From assembly GCA_963727775.1 (NCBI GenBank), contig CAVSHB010000001.1:832001-896000 (forward strand): a stretch of 64,000 nucleotides of DNA, given 5' to 3'. Made by a program: the position numbers and the translations under genes. Positions 19,056 through 29,362 of the stretch are shown here, piece after piece. How positions within the stretch are numbered: position 1 is the first letter of the stretch; each line of letters begins with the position of its first letter. A model generated the notes under the pieces. The model saw nothing but the letters and a program-made list of their open reading frames with translations, was not told the DNA's origin and searched no databases. The DNA is from an uncultured Nitrospiraceae bacterium. GTDB lineage: Bacteria; Nitrospirota; Thermodesulfovibrionia; Thermodesulfovibrionales; SM23-35.

Positions 19056-20669
19056 ATGAACAGCTTGCCTAAGGGCTATCTCTGCCTTGTACTTCACGCT
19101 CATCTGCCTTATATAAGACATCCGGAACACGAATATTTCCTCGAAGAAAACTGGCTCTATGAAGCAATGACTGAAACATATATACCGCTGCTCGATATAA
19201 TTTCACGGCTCATAGATGACTCTATAGATTTCAGAATGACCCTTTCCTTCAGCCCTACTTTGGTCGAAATGCTGAACGACGATTTACTCATGGAGAGGTA
19301 TGTAAGGCATATCGAAAGGCTCATTGAGCTTGCCGAAAAAGAGGTTTACAGGACAAGGGGAGATATACATTTTGGACCTGTAGGGAGGATGTATCTTGAA
19401 AGGTTTTCGAAGGTCAGACATTTGTTTAAAGATGTCTATGCGAAGGACATCGTCTCCGGTTTTCGTGCATTACAGGACACGGGGAAGATCGAAATTATAA
19501 CTACTGCCGCGACCCATGCCTTCCTCCCGAACCTGTCCATGCATCGGCAGGCAGTAAAGGCGCAGATAAAGATAGGCTCGGGACAGTATAAAAAAAATTT
19601 CTTGAGGCCCGCGAAAGGCATATGGCTTCCTGAGTGCGGCTTTGTGCCGGGGTTCGACAGTTATGTAATGGACGAAAAGATACGGTATTTTTTCCTTGAG
19701 ACACACGGGATACTTTATGCCGAGCCTGCGCCGAGATACGGTGTTTATGCTCCCATCTTATGCCCTTCGGGCGTTGCAGCCTTCGGCAGGGATGCAGCAA
19801 CTTCAAAGCAGGTCTGGTCTTCTGTCGGGGGATATCCGGGGGATTTCGATTACAGAGACTTTTACAGGGACATAGGATATGATCTCGATCCGGACTATAT
19901 AAAATCGTTTGTCGGTCCATATGGGACAAGGACGTACACGGGTTTAAAATATTACAGAATAACGGGCAGGACAGAGGATAAGAGACCGTATGTAAGGCAT
20001 CGGGCATTGGAGAAAGCAGCTGCGCACGCGGACAATTTCATATGTAACAGGGAGCGGCAGATACAGGGGCTATCAGAGACCCTGAAGATAAGACCGGTGG
20101 TGACCGCAGTTTATGACGCCGAGCTTTTCGGTCACTGGTGGTTTGAAGGCCCGGAATGGCTTGATTGTCTCTTTCGCGGTATGGCCGCCGAACGTAGAAA
20201 CTTCAAAACCATAACGCCTTCCGAGTATTTGAGTCTCCAGGATTGCCGGCCTGAAAATTTACAGGTATGTCAGCCGTCCATGTCGAGCTGGGGTGACAAG
20301 GGATACAGCGAGGTCTGGCTGAACGGTTCGAACGACTATTTATACAGGCATCTTCTTAAGGCAACGGAACGGATGATATATCTTGCAGATAAATATCAGG
20401 ATGCAGAGGGTATTCTTGAGAGAGCGCTAAATCAGGTTGCCAGGGAAATTCTGTTGGCTCAGCACAGTGACTGGACATTCATCATGCAAAACGGCAGCGC
20501 CGTGGAATATGCGAAAAAGCGTATCGAAGAGCATATCGGGCGGTTCAGCTTCCTCTATAAAGCGATAGTATCGGGAGAGATCCCTACGCGACGGCTTGAA
20601 GAAATGGAAGATAACGACAGGATATTTCAGGATATCGACTACCGGGTATACAGCGGGTTAAGACAGTAA
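19056..20669 (+). CDS. GH57 1,4-alpha-glucan branching enzyme (DUF1957)
   Basis: LVLHAHLPY, GIWLPECG, YDAELFGHWWFEG. Confidence 0.93.
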   Translation: MNSLPKGYLCLVLHAHLPYIRHPEHEYFLEENWLYEAMTETYIPLLDIISRLIDDSIDFRMTLSFSPTLVEMLNDDLLMERYVRHIERLIELAEKEVYRTRGDIHFGPVGRMYLERFSKVRHLFKDVYAKDIVSGFRALQDTGKIEIITTAATHAFLPNLSMHRQAVKAQIKIGSGQYKKNFLRPAKGIWLPECGFVPGFDSYVMDEKIRYFFLETHGILYAEPAPRYGVYAPILCPSGVAAFGRDAATSKQVWSSVGGYPGDFDYRDFYRDIGYDLDPDYIKSFVGPYGTRTYTGLKYYRITGRTEDKRPYVRHRALEKAAAHADNFICNRERQIQGLSETLKIRPVVTAVYDAELFGHWWFEGPEWLDCLFRGMAAERRNFKTITPSEYLSLQDCRPENLQVCQPSMSSWGDKGYSEVWLNGSNDYLYRHLLKATERMIYLADKYQDAEGILERALNQVAREILLAQHSDWTFIMQNGSAVEYAKKRIEEHIGRFSFLYKAIVSGEIPTRRLEEMEDNDRIFQDIDYRVYSGLRQ

Positions 20670-21566
20670 CTTGTCGAACGGATAGGCCTTCAGGAATTTC
20701 AGAAATTCTTCAAGGGAGTTTGACGAGACCGAGTTTTTATTGACGATCAGAGAAAAATCTCTTACGATCTTCTCCTCTTTTATGCTTAGCAGGCGTAAGG
20801 TACCGTATTTACTTTCTTTTCTCGCAGCCCAGCGTGAAATTATCGATACGCCCAGCCCATTCTCAACAGCGTCTTTTATGGCTTCCGTACTTCCGAGTAT
20901 CCCGGATATCTTCATGTCGTGGACGGTAATGCCGTGTCTGGAAAAAAACTTCTCTATTATCTGCCGCGTGCCCGAACCGGCTTCCCTGAAAATGAAGGGT
21001 TCCTTTACTATCTCCGATATCGAGACTTCTTTTCTCTTTGACCACGGGTGACCGGGTGAGACTATCAGGAGCAATTCATCGGATAAAAGATTCATGACGG
21101 ACATCCTCTGTCGTGACACATCTCCTTCGATGAGACCGATGTCGATATTGCCCGCGTTAAGCAATTCAATGACCCGTTTTGAATTTCCGACCAATAGATA
21201 TATCCTTATCTTGGGATGTAAATTTCTGAAATCCGTAATAACGCTCGGCAGAAGATAGTTCCCTATATTTGAGCCTGCGCCAATGGTCAGACTTCCCTTA
21301 AAAAGACCCGTTTGTTTTGCGATTGCTTTTTCGGCAGAAGCATAGAGTGTGAGGATTTCTTTTGCATATTTATAAAGAATCTCTCCGGCAGTGGTCAGGG
21401 TAACCGTACTTGATGACCTATCGAATAATTTTGTTTCATATTTTTCCTCGATCGCCTGAATCTGGAGGCTTACAGCAGGTTGGGTGAGATGGATGATCTC
21501 GGAGGTCTTTGAAAAACTTTTTGTTTCGGCAACCGTGCAGAAGACTTTTAGTTTATGATCTTCCAT
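20658..21566 (-). CDS. LysR-family regulator (CysL-like)
   Basis: SFSKTSEIIHLTQPAVSLQI HTH; REAGSGTR; GSTEAIK. Confidence 0.92.
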   Translation of the reverse strand: MEDHKLKVFCTVAETKSFSKTSEIIHLTQPAVSLQIQAIEEKYETKLFDRSSSTVTLTTAGEILYKYAKEILTLYASAEKAIAKQTGLFKGSLTIGAGSNIGNYLLPSVITDFRNLHPKIRIYLLVGNSKRVIELLNAGNIDIGLIEGDVSRQRMSVMNLLSDELLLIVSPGHPWSKRKEVSISEIVKEPFIFREAGSGTRQIIEKFFSRHGITVHDMKISGILGSTEAIKDAVENGLGVSIISRWAARKESKYGTLRLLSIKEEKIVRDFSLIVNKNSVSSNSLEEFLKFLKAYPFDKLLS

Positions 21567-21591
21567 TCATAACCTCCAGGAAAGAAGTTAA

Positions 21592-21987
21592 GAGTCAGAG
21601 CAGGGCGATAAGCCGAGTTCTGTGTATGTGGTCATTCATCTCAGGCCCGGCATTGCTGCCGGACTCTTGCGGCCATTACCCGTTCCGCCTCCTCACCAGC
21701 TGCAAGCCGATAAGGATTCGAAGGGGCCATTCTCAAAGCGGAACCTATTCGACCTTGCTCAAGGCGGGGTTTTCCAAGCCCGGAACGTCGCCATCCCGGC
21801 TGGTGAGCTCTTGCCTCACCTTTTCACCCTTACCCCGACATTTGTCAGGGCGGTTTCCCTTTCTGTGGCACTTTCCTTGGGGTCGCCCCCACTCCGTATT
21901 AAGGAGCGCCTTGCCCTGTAGAGCTCGGACTTTCCTCCCGGCCAAAGTTTATCTTTAACCGGGCGACCACTTGTCCTGCTCCGACCC
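21592..21987 (-). ncRNA. rnpB: RNase P RNA, bacterial type A
   Basis: Minus strand carries GAGGAAAGTCCGAGCT, GGAAAGTGCCACAGAAA and ACAGAACTCGGCTTAT; ends GGTCGGAGCAGG / CCTGCTCTGACT pair as P1. Confidence 0.95.
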
Positions 21988-22104
21988 TATAATTTTATTT
22001 TATCATTATATAATAAAAATTAAAAATTTAAAAGAGATATTTTTGTCATGGAGAGAATAAAAAAACATGAAAAAACCTTGCCAAGATAAGTCTTTAGTGA
22101 AAGT

Positions 22105-22821
22105 TTATTGCTGAGAGTCGTTTTTAAAATAGATAATTCTGCGGCATTGAGGGCAGTAAAAAATATCTTCGTTCTTTTTCATTTCAACAAAGAGCTGGGG
22201 GGGTATGTTCATATTGCATCCATGGCATATTTCTTCCTTTGCCTCCGTTACTGCAATACCCCCGCATGCTTCGCTCAAGATTGCATAAATATCATATATT
22301 TCTCTGTCAATCGTATCTACCAAAGTTGATCTCGTTCCCTTTATGCTCCGGAGTTCTTTTTCTGCTTCAGCTTTCTCGTCTTCAAGTTTTCTCTTGTTTG
22401 CCTCGATCTTTTCTTTGCCGGCTGTGAATTTTGCTTCTTCTGATTTGGATTGTTTGGATGCAGTGTCTATCTCCTCCATGACCGCGAGTATCTCGTCTTC
22501 TACTGAAGACCGGTCTTTTTCCATTGATTCTATTTCCTTGAGAAGCGCCTGATACTCTTTGTTCGTTTTTATCTCAGAGGTGTGCGCCTTTACTTTTACG
22601 ATCTTCTCGCTTATCTCATCTAATCGTCTTTCTTTATCGCGTTTCTTTTTTTCTAACAAGTCGAGTTTCTGTTTGGTATTAAGCAGGAAGGCCTGAAATT
22701 CCTTAAGAGGCAGCTCTGCCTCGGCTATCTTTGAAGGAAACTCATGAATGATGCGGCTTACAGTGAAAATCTTGAAATCAATCTGCTGCAACTCTATCAA
22801 GCGTTTAAGTTGTTCGTACAT
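22105..22821 (-). CDS. Coiled-coil C4-type zinc-ribbon protein (DUF164)
   Basis: KTNKEYQALLKEI; CHGC...CPQC. Confidence 0.9.
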   Translation of the reverse strand: MYEQLKRLIELQQIDFKIFTVSRIIHEFPSKIAEAELPLKEFQAFLLNTKQKLDLLEKKKRDKERRLDEISEKIVKVKAHTSEIKTNKEYQALLKEIESMEKDRSSVEDEILAVMEEIDTASKQSKSEEAKFTAGKEKIEANKRKLEDEKAEAEKELRSIKGTRSTLVDTIDREIYDIYAILSEACGGIAVTEAKEEICHGCNMNIPPQLFVEMKKNEDIFYCPQCRRIIYFKNDSQQ

Positions 22822-22860
22822 TTATCCCTTAATCCCTTCAATTTAAAGAGAGACAGTGTA

Positions 22861-22936
22861 TGGTGGGCCCACCAGGACTCGAACCTGGGACCAACCGGTT
22901 ATGAGCCGGTAGCTCTACCAACTGAGCTATGGGCCC
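22861..22936 (-). tRNA. tRNA-Ile2 (CAT anticodon, lysidine type; elongator Met less likely)
   Basis: GGGCCCATAGCTCAGTTGGTAGAGC..CTCATAA..GTTCGAGTC..GGGCCCACCA; position after rpoD as for ileX. Confidence 0.9.
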
Positions 22937-23038
22937 TCTTTAAGGCAGTCATAAGCTAAGAAATTAGAAGGATATGGTTAACATGTATATGACTCTCAAC
23001 TTATAACTTTTTACTATAAACTTATTAATGATTTAAGA

Positions 23039-24598
23039 TCAAGGTTTTTCGATAAACTCCCTGAGCCATTTGCTTCTTGAAGGGTGCTTTAATTTCCGTA
23101 TGGCCTTTACTTCTATCTGCCGTATCCTCTCGCGGGTAACTTCAAACTCGACGCCGACCTCTTCAAGTGTCCGGGGGGCGTCTTCCCCGATGCCGAATCT
23201 TCTCCTTATAATTTTTTCTTCTTTGGGAGGCAATGAGCATAATATCTTGTCGATTTTCTTCTTCATATCACCGCTTATAGTGAAATCAAGCGGTGACGGC
23301 ATTGCCTTATCCTCGATAAAGTCGCTAAGATGGCTGTCTTCTTCCCCGATGGGGGTCTCCAGAGAGATAGGCTCTTTTGATATCTTCAGGATCCCATCCA
23401 CTTTTGCTGCAGGTATTTTCAATTTATCGGCGATCTCAATGGATAAGGGTTCTCTTCCCAATTCCTGGACGAGTTCCCTTGACACCTTCGTGATCTTGTT
23501 GATCGTTTCAACCATGTGGACGGGTATTCGTATTGTCCTCGATTGGTCCGCCAGGGCCCTTGTAATCGCCTGTCTTATCCACCATGTAGCGTACGTGCTG
23601 AATTTATATCCGCGCTGGTATTCGAACTTGTCGACAGCCCTCATGAGTCCGCTGTTACCTTCCTGTATCAGGTCCGAGAAACTTAACCCCCTTCCCAAAT
23701 ACCTTTTTGCAATACTTATTACAAGACGTAGGTTGGCTTCTATTAGAGCTTTTCTTGCCTCGGACACCTCTTTCTCCCCCTGTGTGAGGACCTTTAAAGC
23801 CCGTTTTATCTCGGTAGTCTTCATGCGGAACAGGATCTCTTTCTTCTCGATCATCTCTTTGAAGGACTTGCGTTCTTTTTCCGCCGCTGAATTTGATTGG
23901 GCCTTTTTATTCAAAAAAGCGATTTTCTTCTGTATCGCCTCAATTTCAGCCGACGATTTTTTTAACTCTTCTGAAAACGCCGTTACAACATCGGCTCTCA
24001 ATTTAAGAGCGCATATTTTTTCAAGAATCCGGTTTCTGTTTTCTTCGAGCAATCCGATTATTGAAGAAGAACGTTTTGTGCCTGTCTCGTTGCGGGCGCG
24101 TTTCGGTATCTGTTTTGTCGCGTCAGAATAAGAATTGTCTCCAAGCTTTTTGAGATAGGTCATCCTTTTCTTGTTAAGAGAATCTATTTCTTTTGTGATC
24201 TTGTAAAATCTTTTTATCTCCAGATGTAGGTCTTCTTCCGTATCTTCTTCCCCGTTCTGAATAATCTCCGTCAACGGCGCCTCGCCGCTTTGGGACATCT
24301 TTCCGAGGGTTATAAGCTTTCTCAGAACAAAGGGGAGCGAAAATATTACCCTGTAAACTTTCTCCTTGCCATTTTCTATTTTTTTGGCTATCTCTATTTC
24401 GCCTTCACGGGTCAGCAGCGGCACGCTGCTCATTTCTTTTAGATAGATGCGCACAGGGTCTTTCTCGCCTTCTATAAAAGAGGACGGTTTCTCTTCCTCC
24501 TCAGAGGCTTTCTCCTCAGACCCGGCTTCAGAGAATAAACCTTTCCTTTCCTCGTCATACTCATCAAAATGCTCAAAATAATCGAAGTAGTGTTTCAT
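23039..24598 (-). CDS. rpoD: Primary sigma factor RpoD
   Basis: [42 protein letters not shown]; downstream of dnaG. Confidence 0.96.
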   Translation of the reverse strand: MKHYFDYFEHFDEYDEERKGLFSEAGSEEKASEEEEKPSSFIEGEKDPVRIYLKEMSSVPLLTREGEIEIAKKIENGKEKVYRVIFSLPFVLRKLITLGKMSQSGEAPLTEIIQNGEEDTEEDLHLEIKRFYKITKEIDSLNKKRMTYLKKLGDNSYSDATKQIPKRARNETGTKRSSSIIGLLEENRNRILEKICALKLRADVVTAFSEELKKSSAEIEAIQKKIAFLNKKAQSNSAAEKERKSFKEMIEKKEILFRMKTTEIKRALKVLTQGEKEVSEARKALIEANLRLVISIAKRYLGRGLSFSDLIQEGNSGLMRAVDKFEYQRGYKFSTYATWWIRQAITRALADQSRTIRIPVHMVETINKITKVSRELVQELGREPLSIEIADKLKIPAAKVDGILKISKEPISLETPIGEEDSHLSDFIEDKAMPSPLDFTISGDMKKKIDKILCSLPPKEEKIIRRRFGIGEDAPRTLEEVGVEFEVTRERIRQIEVKAIRKLKHPSRSKWLREFIEKP

Positions 24599-26316
24599 GA
24601 TGATATCCTTTTAACAAGTCTGCGCTTTTCTTTCAGCAATGCATTATGAAGTGCAACATCATGCGGTTCATTTGAGTCGGCCAATCTTTGCCTCTCCTCT
24701 CTTTGCCTCTCCTCAAAATCTTTCTGAATTAATACCTGTAAGCAGTCATCTATATTTCTGTCGACATGTTCTGCATCAAATCCGGGGTTTAACGACAGTT
24801 CGGTAATTAAGGTTTTATCCTCATCATCAGACTGGTCAAGGAGAGATGCTGCAGTAAACTTATCCGACAAGGTCCTGATTTTACAGAAGATTGATTTAAT
24901 GGTTTTATCTTTTAAGTCTTCGACGGAAAGTTTGGAAAGAACATAGCCGGCCTTCTCCGGACACGCAATAACAGCGCTAAGGAGGAGGCACTCTTCCCTG
25001 TTCAGGGTTTTCATTGCCGGGCCCAGTCCTTCTGCGGCAAGCGCGCCGGGTCTTTTTCTTATCCTGTCAAGTTCATTTCTCAGAACGGATTCGTTGACCC
25101 TCGATCTGTCGGCGAGTTCACGCAGCAGTTCATCCGCGATGACAAGGTCTTTAACGGCTGATATCATGCCGAGCGCTTCTTTTACAGCATCTGTTCTGTC
25201 TCCCTTTGCAGTGTTCAGGATGAAATATATCAAAGATACGGCATCGGCAAGCATCTTCTTGAAAGGTCCGCTTCCGTTTTTCCTTAAGAAGCTGTCTGGG
25301 TCTTCGCCTTTGGGGAGCAAGAGCACCTTTGCCTTGAAGTCATTCTCACACAGTATTGCCAGAGACCTTCGCGCAGCGGAAATGCCTGCATTATCACCGT
25401 CAAAGACCAGGACGACCCTTTGAGTCAACGATTTTAATTTCTGCAATTGCCTGGCTGTAAGGGCTGTTCCTAAAGGCGCAACGGTATTTCTAAAGTCATG
25501 CTGGTGGCATACTATAACGTCGAGATATCCCTCAACAATTACAGCATACCCCTTCTTCCTTATTTCGTCCTTGGCAATGTTAAGCGCGAATAGGATCTCA
25601 CCTTTTTTAAAGACCTCGGTCTCAGGGGAATTGATATACTTCGGCAACGCATCATCCAGGACCCTACCGCCAAATGCGATAATATCATTCCTGAGGTTAA
25701 ATATGGGGAAGATAACGCGCCCCCTGAAAGAGTCCCTGTATCCCTTCTGTGATGGTCCGTACCGGTCATCAGTATGGATAAGCCCTGCTTCTTTTAAAAA
25801 GGCTTCGGAATGTCCCATCTTTCTCATATATGTTAAAAGACCGTCCCTCTGCCCTGTTGCATAGCCTATACAGAACCTGCTGATTGAATCGTCGTCAAGT
25901 CCCCTGTTCTTGAGATAGGCAACTGCCGTCTTTGAATCCTGCAGGTTTTTCATGAAGAATTTCATGGCGTCTTCGTTTATACGGAGTATCGTTTCTCGTT
26001 TTTCAGAGCTTTCTTTATCGAACTTGAAATCTGTTATTGTTATGCCTGCCTTTTTTGCCATATACCGGATGGCTTCTCCAAAAGAAAAATTATCGTGCTT
26101 CATCAGAAAGCTGACTGCATCCCCACCGACGCCGCACCCAAAACAATGAAATATCTGCTTTGGCCGGCTTACCATAAACGAAGGGGTTTTTTCAGTATGG
26201 AAAGGGCATAGGCCTTTATAGTTCTGGCCGGATTTCTTTAAATTGACATAATCGGATATGAACTCAACGATATCTATCTTGGACTTAATTTCTTCAAGCA
26301 GCCTGTCAGCCTTCAT
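24595..26316 (-). CDS. dnaG: DNA primase
   Basis: CHC2 zinc finger CPFH..CFGC; Toprim VEGYLD, FDGDNAG. Confidence 0.97.
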   Translation of the reverse strand: MKADRLLEEIKSKIDIVEFISDYVNLKKSGQNYKGLCPFHTEKTPSFMVSRPKQIFHCFGCGVGGDAVSFLMKHDNFSFGEAIRYMAKKAGITITDFKFDKESSEKRETILRINEDAMKFFMKNLQDSKTAVAYLKNRGLDDDSISRFCIGYATGQRDGLLTYMRKMGHSEAFLKEAGLIHTDDRYGPSQKGYRDSFRGRVIFPIFNLRNDIIAFGGRVLDDALPKYINSPETEVFKKGEILFALNIAKDEIRKKGYAVIVEGYLDVIVCHQHDFRNTVAPLGTALTARQLQKLKSLTQRVVLVFDGDNAGISAARRSLAILCENDFKAKVLLLPKGEDPDSFLRKNGSGPFKKMLADAVSLIYFILNTAKGDRTDAVKEALGMISAVKDLVIADELLRELADRSRVNESVLRNELDRIRKRPGALAAEGLGPAMKTLNREECLLLSAVIACPEKAGYVLSKLSVEDLKDKTIKSIFCKIRTLSDKFTAASLLDQSDDEDKTLITELSLNPGFDAEHVDRNIDDCLQVLIQKDFEERQREERQRLADSNEPHDVALHNALLKEKRRLVKRISS

Positions 26317-27283
26317 TCAGCCCTGCAGGTGATCGTCTGAATCTTCTGAATCCCGAACATTCAATGATTTCTAATGCATCACCCTCGGATATCCTATCAA
26401 GGAGTAAATTCAACCCGATGTTGTCGCTTGATATATGGCCTGCCACGATGATATTCAGGTGGTTTTTCTCCGCTTCTTTCCTGTGTTCTTCGCTGATGTG
26501 CATTCCAACGATAGTGTTCACCCCGCTGTTGGTAAGACTTTCATAGATGTCCCTGGCCCCTTCTGTTCCGCCGGTCATATCTACGAATATATTCCCCGCT
26601 TTCCTTTTCTTTGAGCCAAGGAAGATTTTCGGTCCCGAGCCGTTCATGGCTGCCGTTTTATATTCGGGTATGCCATTGAGCAGATCAAGGACATCGGACA
26701 GAAAGTGCGGTTTTTGTTCTTCAAACAGTCTCTGGAGATAGGCCGAGACCATGTTGTCTGCCGGCGTATGAAGACACAGGAAAGGGATATCCATGAGCCT
26801 TGCCGCGTCAACTGCTCTTGTATGGTTGGCAGGCATCAGTTTTCTCTCCACTTCCTTTATCCTCCCATCCATGAGTCCCTCGGCGATATTTATGGGTACG
26901 CCGTACATATTCAATATATCGGACTGCATCTGCATTACGGCATAAAGGTTTGCGAAGGCCGCTCCTGAAGGGTGATGCGATAGGAGCAGGTCTATTTTCC
27001 TTCCTTTTGCTCTGAGGTTGTCCGCCAGAAGAATTTCCCCGACATCAATATCGATCCCGGCAAGGACAGCTGTAACATCGGAGTCATCGGGCCCGTGAAG
27101 AATCCTCGAATCGGCATAGGGGTTCTGCAATGACTCCATGTCAAAAAATTCTTTCTCATCGGGTTTGAGGTCTTCGAAATCTTTCTTTCTACGCTCAAGT
27201 TCCTTTTGAACGATATCTTTGCCTCTGGGGTCGTTTTCGATCCCTGCCGCTATGGCCTTTGTATAAATAACTTTCAGTCTCAT
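26306..27283 (-). CDS. NIF3-like (NGG1p-interacting factor) dinuclear metal protein
   Basis: SHHP, HTPADN, AGHISSD motifs. Confidence 0.82.
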   Translation of the reverse strand: MRLKVIYTKAIAAGIENDPRGKDIVQKELERRKKDFEDLKPDEKEFFDMESLQNPYADSRILHGPDDSDVTAVLAGIDIDVGEILLADNLRAKGRKIDLLLSHHPSGAAFANLYAVMQMQSDILNMYGVPINIAEGLMDGRIKEVERKLMPANHTRAVDAARLMDIPFLCLHTPADNMVSAYLQRLFEEQKPHFLSDVLDLLNGIPEYKTAAMNGSGPKIFLGSKKRKAGNIFVDMTGGTEGARDIYESLTNSGVNTIVGMHISEEHRKEAEKNHLNIIVAGHISSDNIGLNLLLDRISEGDALEIIECSGFRRFRRSPAGLNEG

Positions 27284-27343
27284 GCGCGTTCCAAAAGTTC
27301 CTTAACCTGCTGATTGATAGTCAAGTTTTTGCAGAAAGGACAT
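27280..27343 (-). pseudogene. yqeY: GatB/YqeY remnant (internal deletion)
   Basis: ATG overlapping the rpsU stop gives MSFLQKLD, joined out of frame to INQQVKELLERA*, whose stop overlaps the NIF3 start. Confidence 0.65.
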
Positions 27344-27541
27344 TACCTTACCGCCATTCTAATTTTCTTAACGGCCTTTTTATGGGCAGCAACCGCCTTT
27401 TTTCCCTTTTAACGCTTGGCTTTTCGTAATGCTCTCTCTATTATTTACCTCTGAAAGAATCCCATCTTTCTCGCACTGTTTTTTAAACTTTTTGAGCGCA
27501 TTTTCGAAAGAATCATTCTCCCTGACCCTTACATAGGGCAT
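27343..27541 (-). pseudogene. rpsU: 30S ribosomal protein S21, frameshifted
   Basis: [32 protein letters not shown], +2 slip in an AG run, HYEKPSVKR, -1, [17 protein letters not shown]; 199 nt. Confidence 0.88.
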
Positions 27542-27578
27542 CCATATACCCACCTCTCCATGTCCAAAAATTTGTGTA

Positions 27579-27608
27579 ATTTTAACAATTTGATAAATCG
27601 CCTGTCAA
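27579..27608 (-). promoter_or_regulatory. Sigma-70 promoter for rpsU-dnaG-rpoD operon
   Basis: TTGACA-18 bp-TAAAAT with TGn extension. Confidence 0.6.
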
Positions 27609-27657
27609 TGTAAGTTCTGTCACGCCAACATGATAATGTCCTAATTAAGCAAATTAG

Positions 27658-29307
27658 CCCACATAATTCATAAAATTTTGGCATATGAGATTATTGGTGG
27701 GTTTTTGAGTCAAACGAAGACAATAGAAGACTATTGCGAAGCAGTTTTATAGACGAGTCACGATCTGATCCCGTAAAATCAGACGGAGAAGGGCTTCGTG
27801 GCAGTTTTTAAGCGCACTTCACCATTGAGGACATTTCCTGTTGAAGTTTTTCCGTAAGAAAATGTTCAGGTCGTATCAGCAGCAAGCCGATGATATACTA
27901 ATGCAAAGATTTTCTTCCAGGGATAGCCACTGGCTAAGCGAAACCATACCCGTCGGGCTGTCTGGATTACCTGGGCTCCAATCTTCAGAAGCCTCAGCCT
28001 TAACTGCTGTATCTGCATTGAGGCAAATTCTGTTTTCTGAAGAGCTTCCCTGAGCCTCAGAACAAGCCAGTACGCCGCCATATGCAGGAAGAGTCTGAAC
28101 TGGTTGGCAACAAAGCGATGACAACTCAACCGGTCTGCCTTGAGCCCATTTTTAAACTCGTCAATCCGTACCTCACAGGTACCGCCACGCTCGGTGTAAA
28201 ACTCATAGAGTTCTTTTGGTTCATAGGAGAGGTTGGTTACGACAAAACGACGGTTAGGTCCCTGTATCAGCCATTCAGCCTTCATGATAACCCGTCGCTC
28301 TTTCGGCCAACTCTGCGCCTGATATAATCCCTCTGTAAACATCCTCTGTTTTTGTCCTGTTTCCGTATACTGCTTATGCGCTTTCTTGAGAATGGCTTCG
28401 ATCATCCGCTCAAGCACATCATTACGGATCAGACCGATCATATATTTGAGACCCTCTTCTTCACAGTATTCATATAACTCTGGTACTGCAAATCCAGCAT
28501 CGCCACGGACGATGATCTCTGTTTTTGGAAACGCCTCCTTAAGTTTCGGAATGATCCGCTTGAGGATCGACACCGCTCCATAACTGGCATGCCGGTTACC
28601 AGCTCTGAGGGCCGCTGTTATCAGTTGCCCTGTGTCAGCATCGTAGATTACAAGCGGATGGTACATGTATTGGTCATAGTAGCCATGAAAGAACGTCAAC
28701 TGCTGATTGCCGTATGTCGGATCGTCCGTCCCATCAAGGTCCAGAATAATCCTTTTTGGCTTTCTCTTCCGGTTCCGACGAATGTAAAGATTAATAAAAT
28801 ATTCTCCTATCCTGTATAGATCGTTCCGGGTGATTGCGTTTTCCAAGCGTGACAAGGTGGGCTGTGAGCCAAGATCTTCATCGCTCAACTTCCGTCCACA
28901 GGCTGTCTTCAGTGCTGGATCTTTTCTTACTATGTTTGCATCGTTACAGTCCTCATACCCAGCAACGATTTGATATGTCCGCTGACGTAACAGTGTCTCC
29001 AGATTGTGATCGGTGTAACGGTTGTCTCTTCGGTCTGTAATACATCCTGCCATCCCTGTTATCAACCGCAAAGCATTGTCTGCTTGCCTCACCAGCAACA
29101 AGCCCGAATCAGAGGTTATCTCCCCTCCCTTAAAATCTACCGTTATTTTTTGCTTCCGTATGAATGAAAAGGTGAGCTGTTTTGTGATACACTCTGTCAT
29201 ATAGCCAACCATCCTTTCTTTGGTTTTGAGCTCTCGTAAACTCAATAATACCAAAGGTCTTAGGATTGTTGGCTATTTTTTTAGGCAGAATTTATGAATA
29301 ATCTGGG
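27658..29307 (-). mobile_element. IS1380-family element (1650 bp)
   Basis: TIRs CCCACATAATTCATAAA / TTTATGAATAATCTGGG; 4-bp TTAG duplication at 27654-27657 and 29308-29311. Confidence 0.93.
27866..29200 (-). CDS. IS1380-family transposase
   Basis: FKGGEITSDSGLLL, GYEDCND, SQPTLSRLEN, LDLDGT, VRGDAGF, ANQFRL. Confidence 0.95.
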   Translation of the reverse strand: MTECITKQLTFSFIRKQKITVDFKGGEITSDSGLLLVRQADNALRLITGMAGCITDRRDNRYTDHNLETLLRQRTYQIVAGYEDCNDANIVRKDPALKTACGRKLSDEDLGSQPTLSRLENAITRNDLYRIGEYFINLYIRRNRKRKPKRIILDLDGTDDPTYGNQQLTFFHGYYDQYMYHPLVIYDADTGQLITAALRAGNRHASYGAVSILKRIIPKLKEAFPKTEIIVRGDAGFAVPELYEYCEEEGLKYMIGLIRNDVLERMIEAILKKAHKQYTETGQKQRMFTEGLYQAQSWPKERRVIMKAEWLIQGPNRRFVVTNLSYEPKELYEFYTERGGTCEVRIDEFKNGLKADRLSCHRFVANQFRLFLHMAAYWLVLRLREALQKTEFASMQIQQLRLRLLKIGAQVIQTARRVWFRLASGYPWKKIFALVYHRLAADTT

Positions 29308-29362
29308 TTAGAAATGTCCGGTTTTAGAGGTGCTACAATGCTCTTTTGTGAAGGAGGGCATA

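Noticed and set aside
21509..21958. Several ORFs over this region
   Set aside because: They overlap the RNase P RNA gene
23070..24131. 353-aa plus-strand ORF
   Set aside because: Antisense shadow of rpoD
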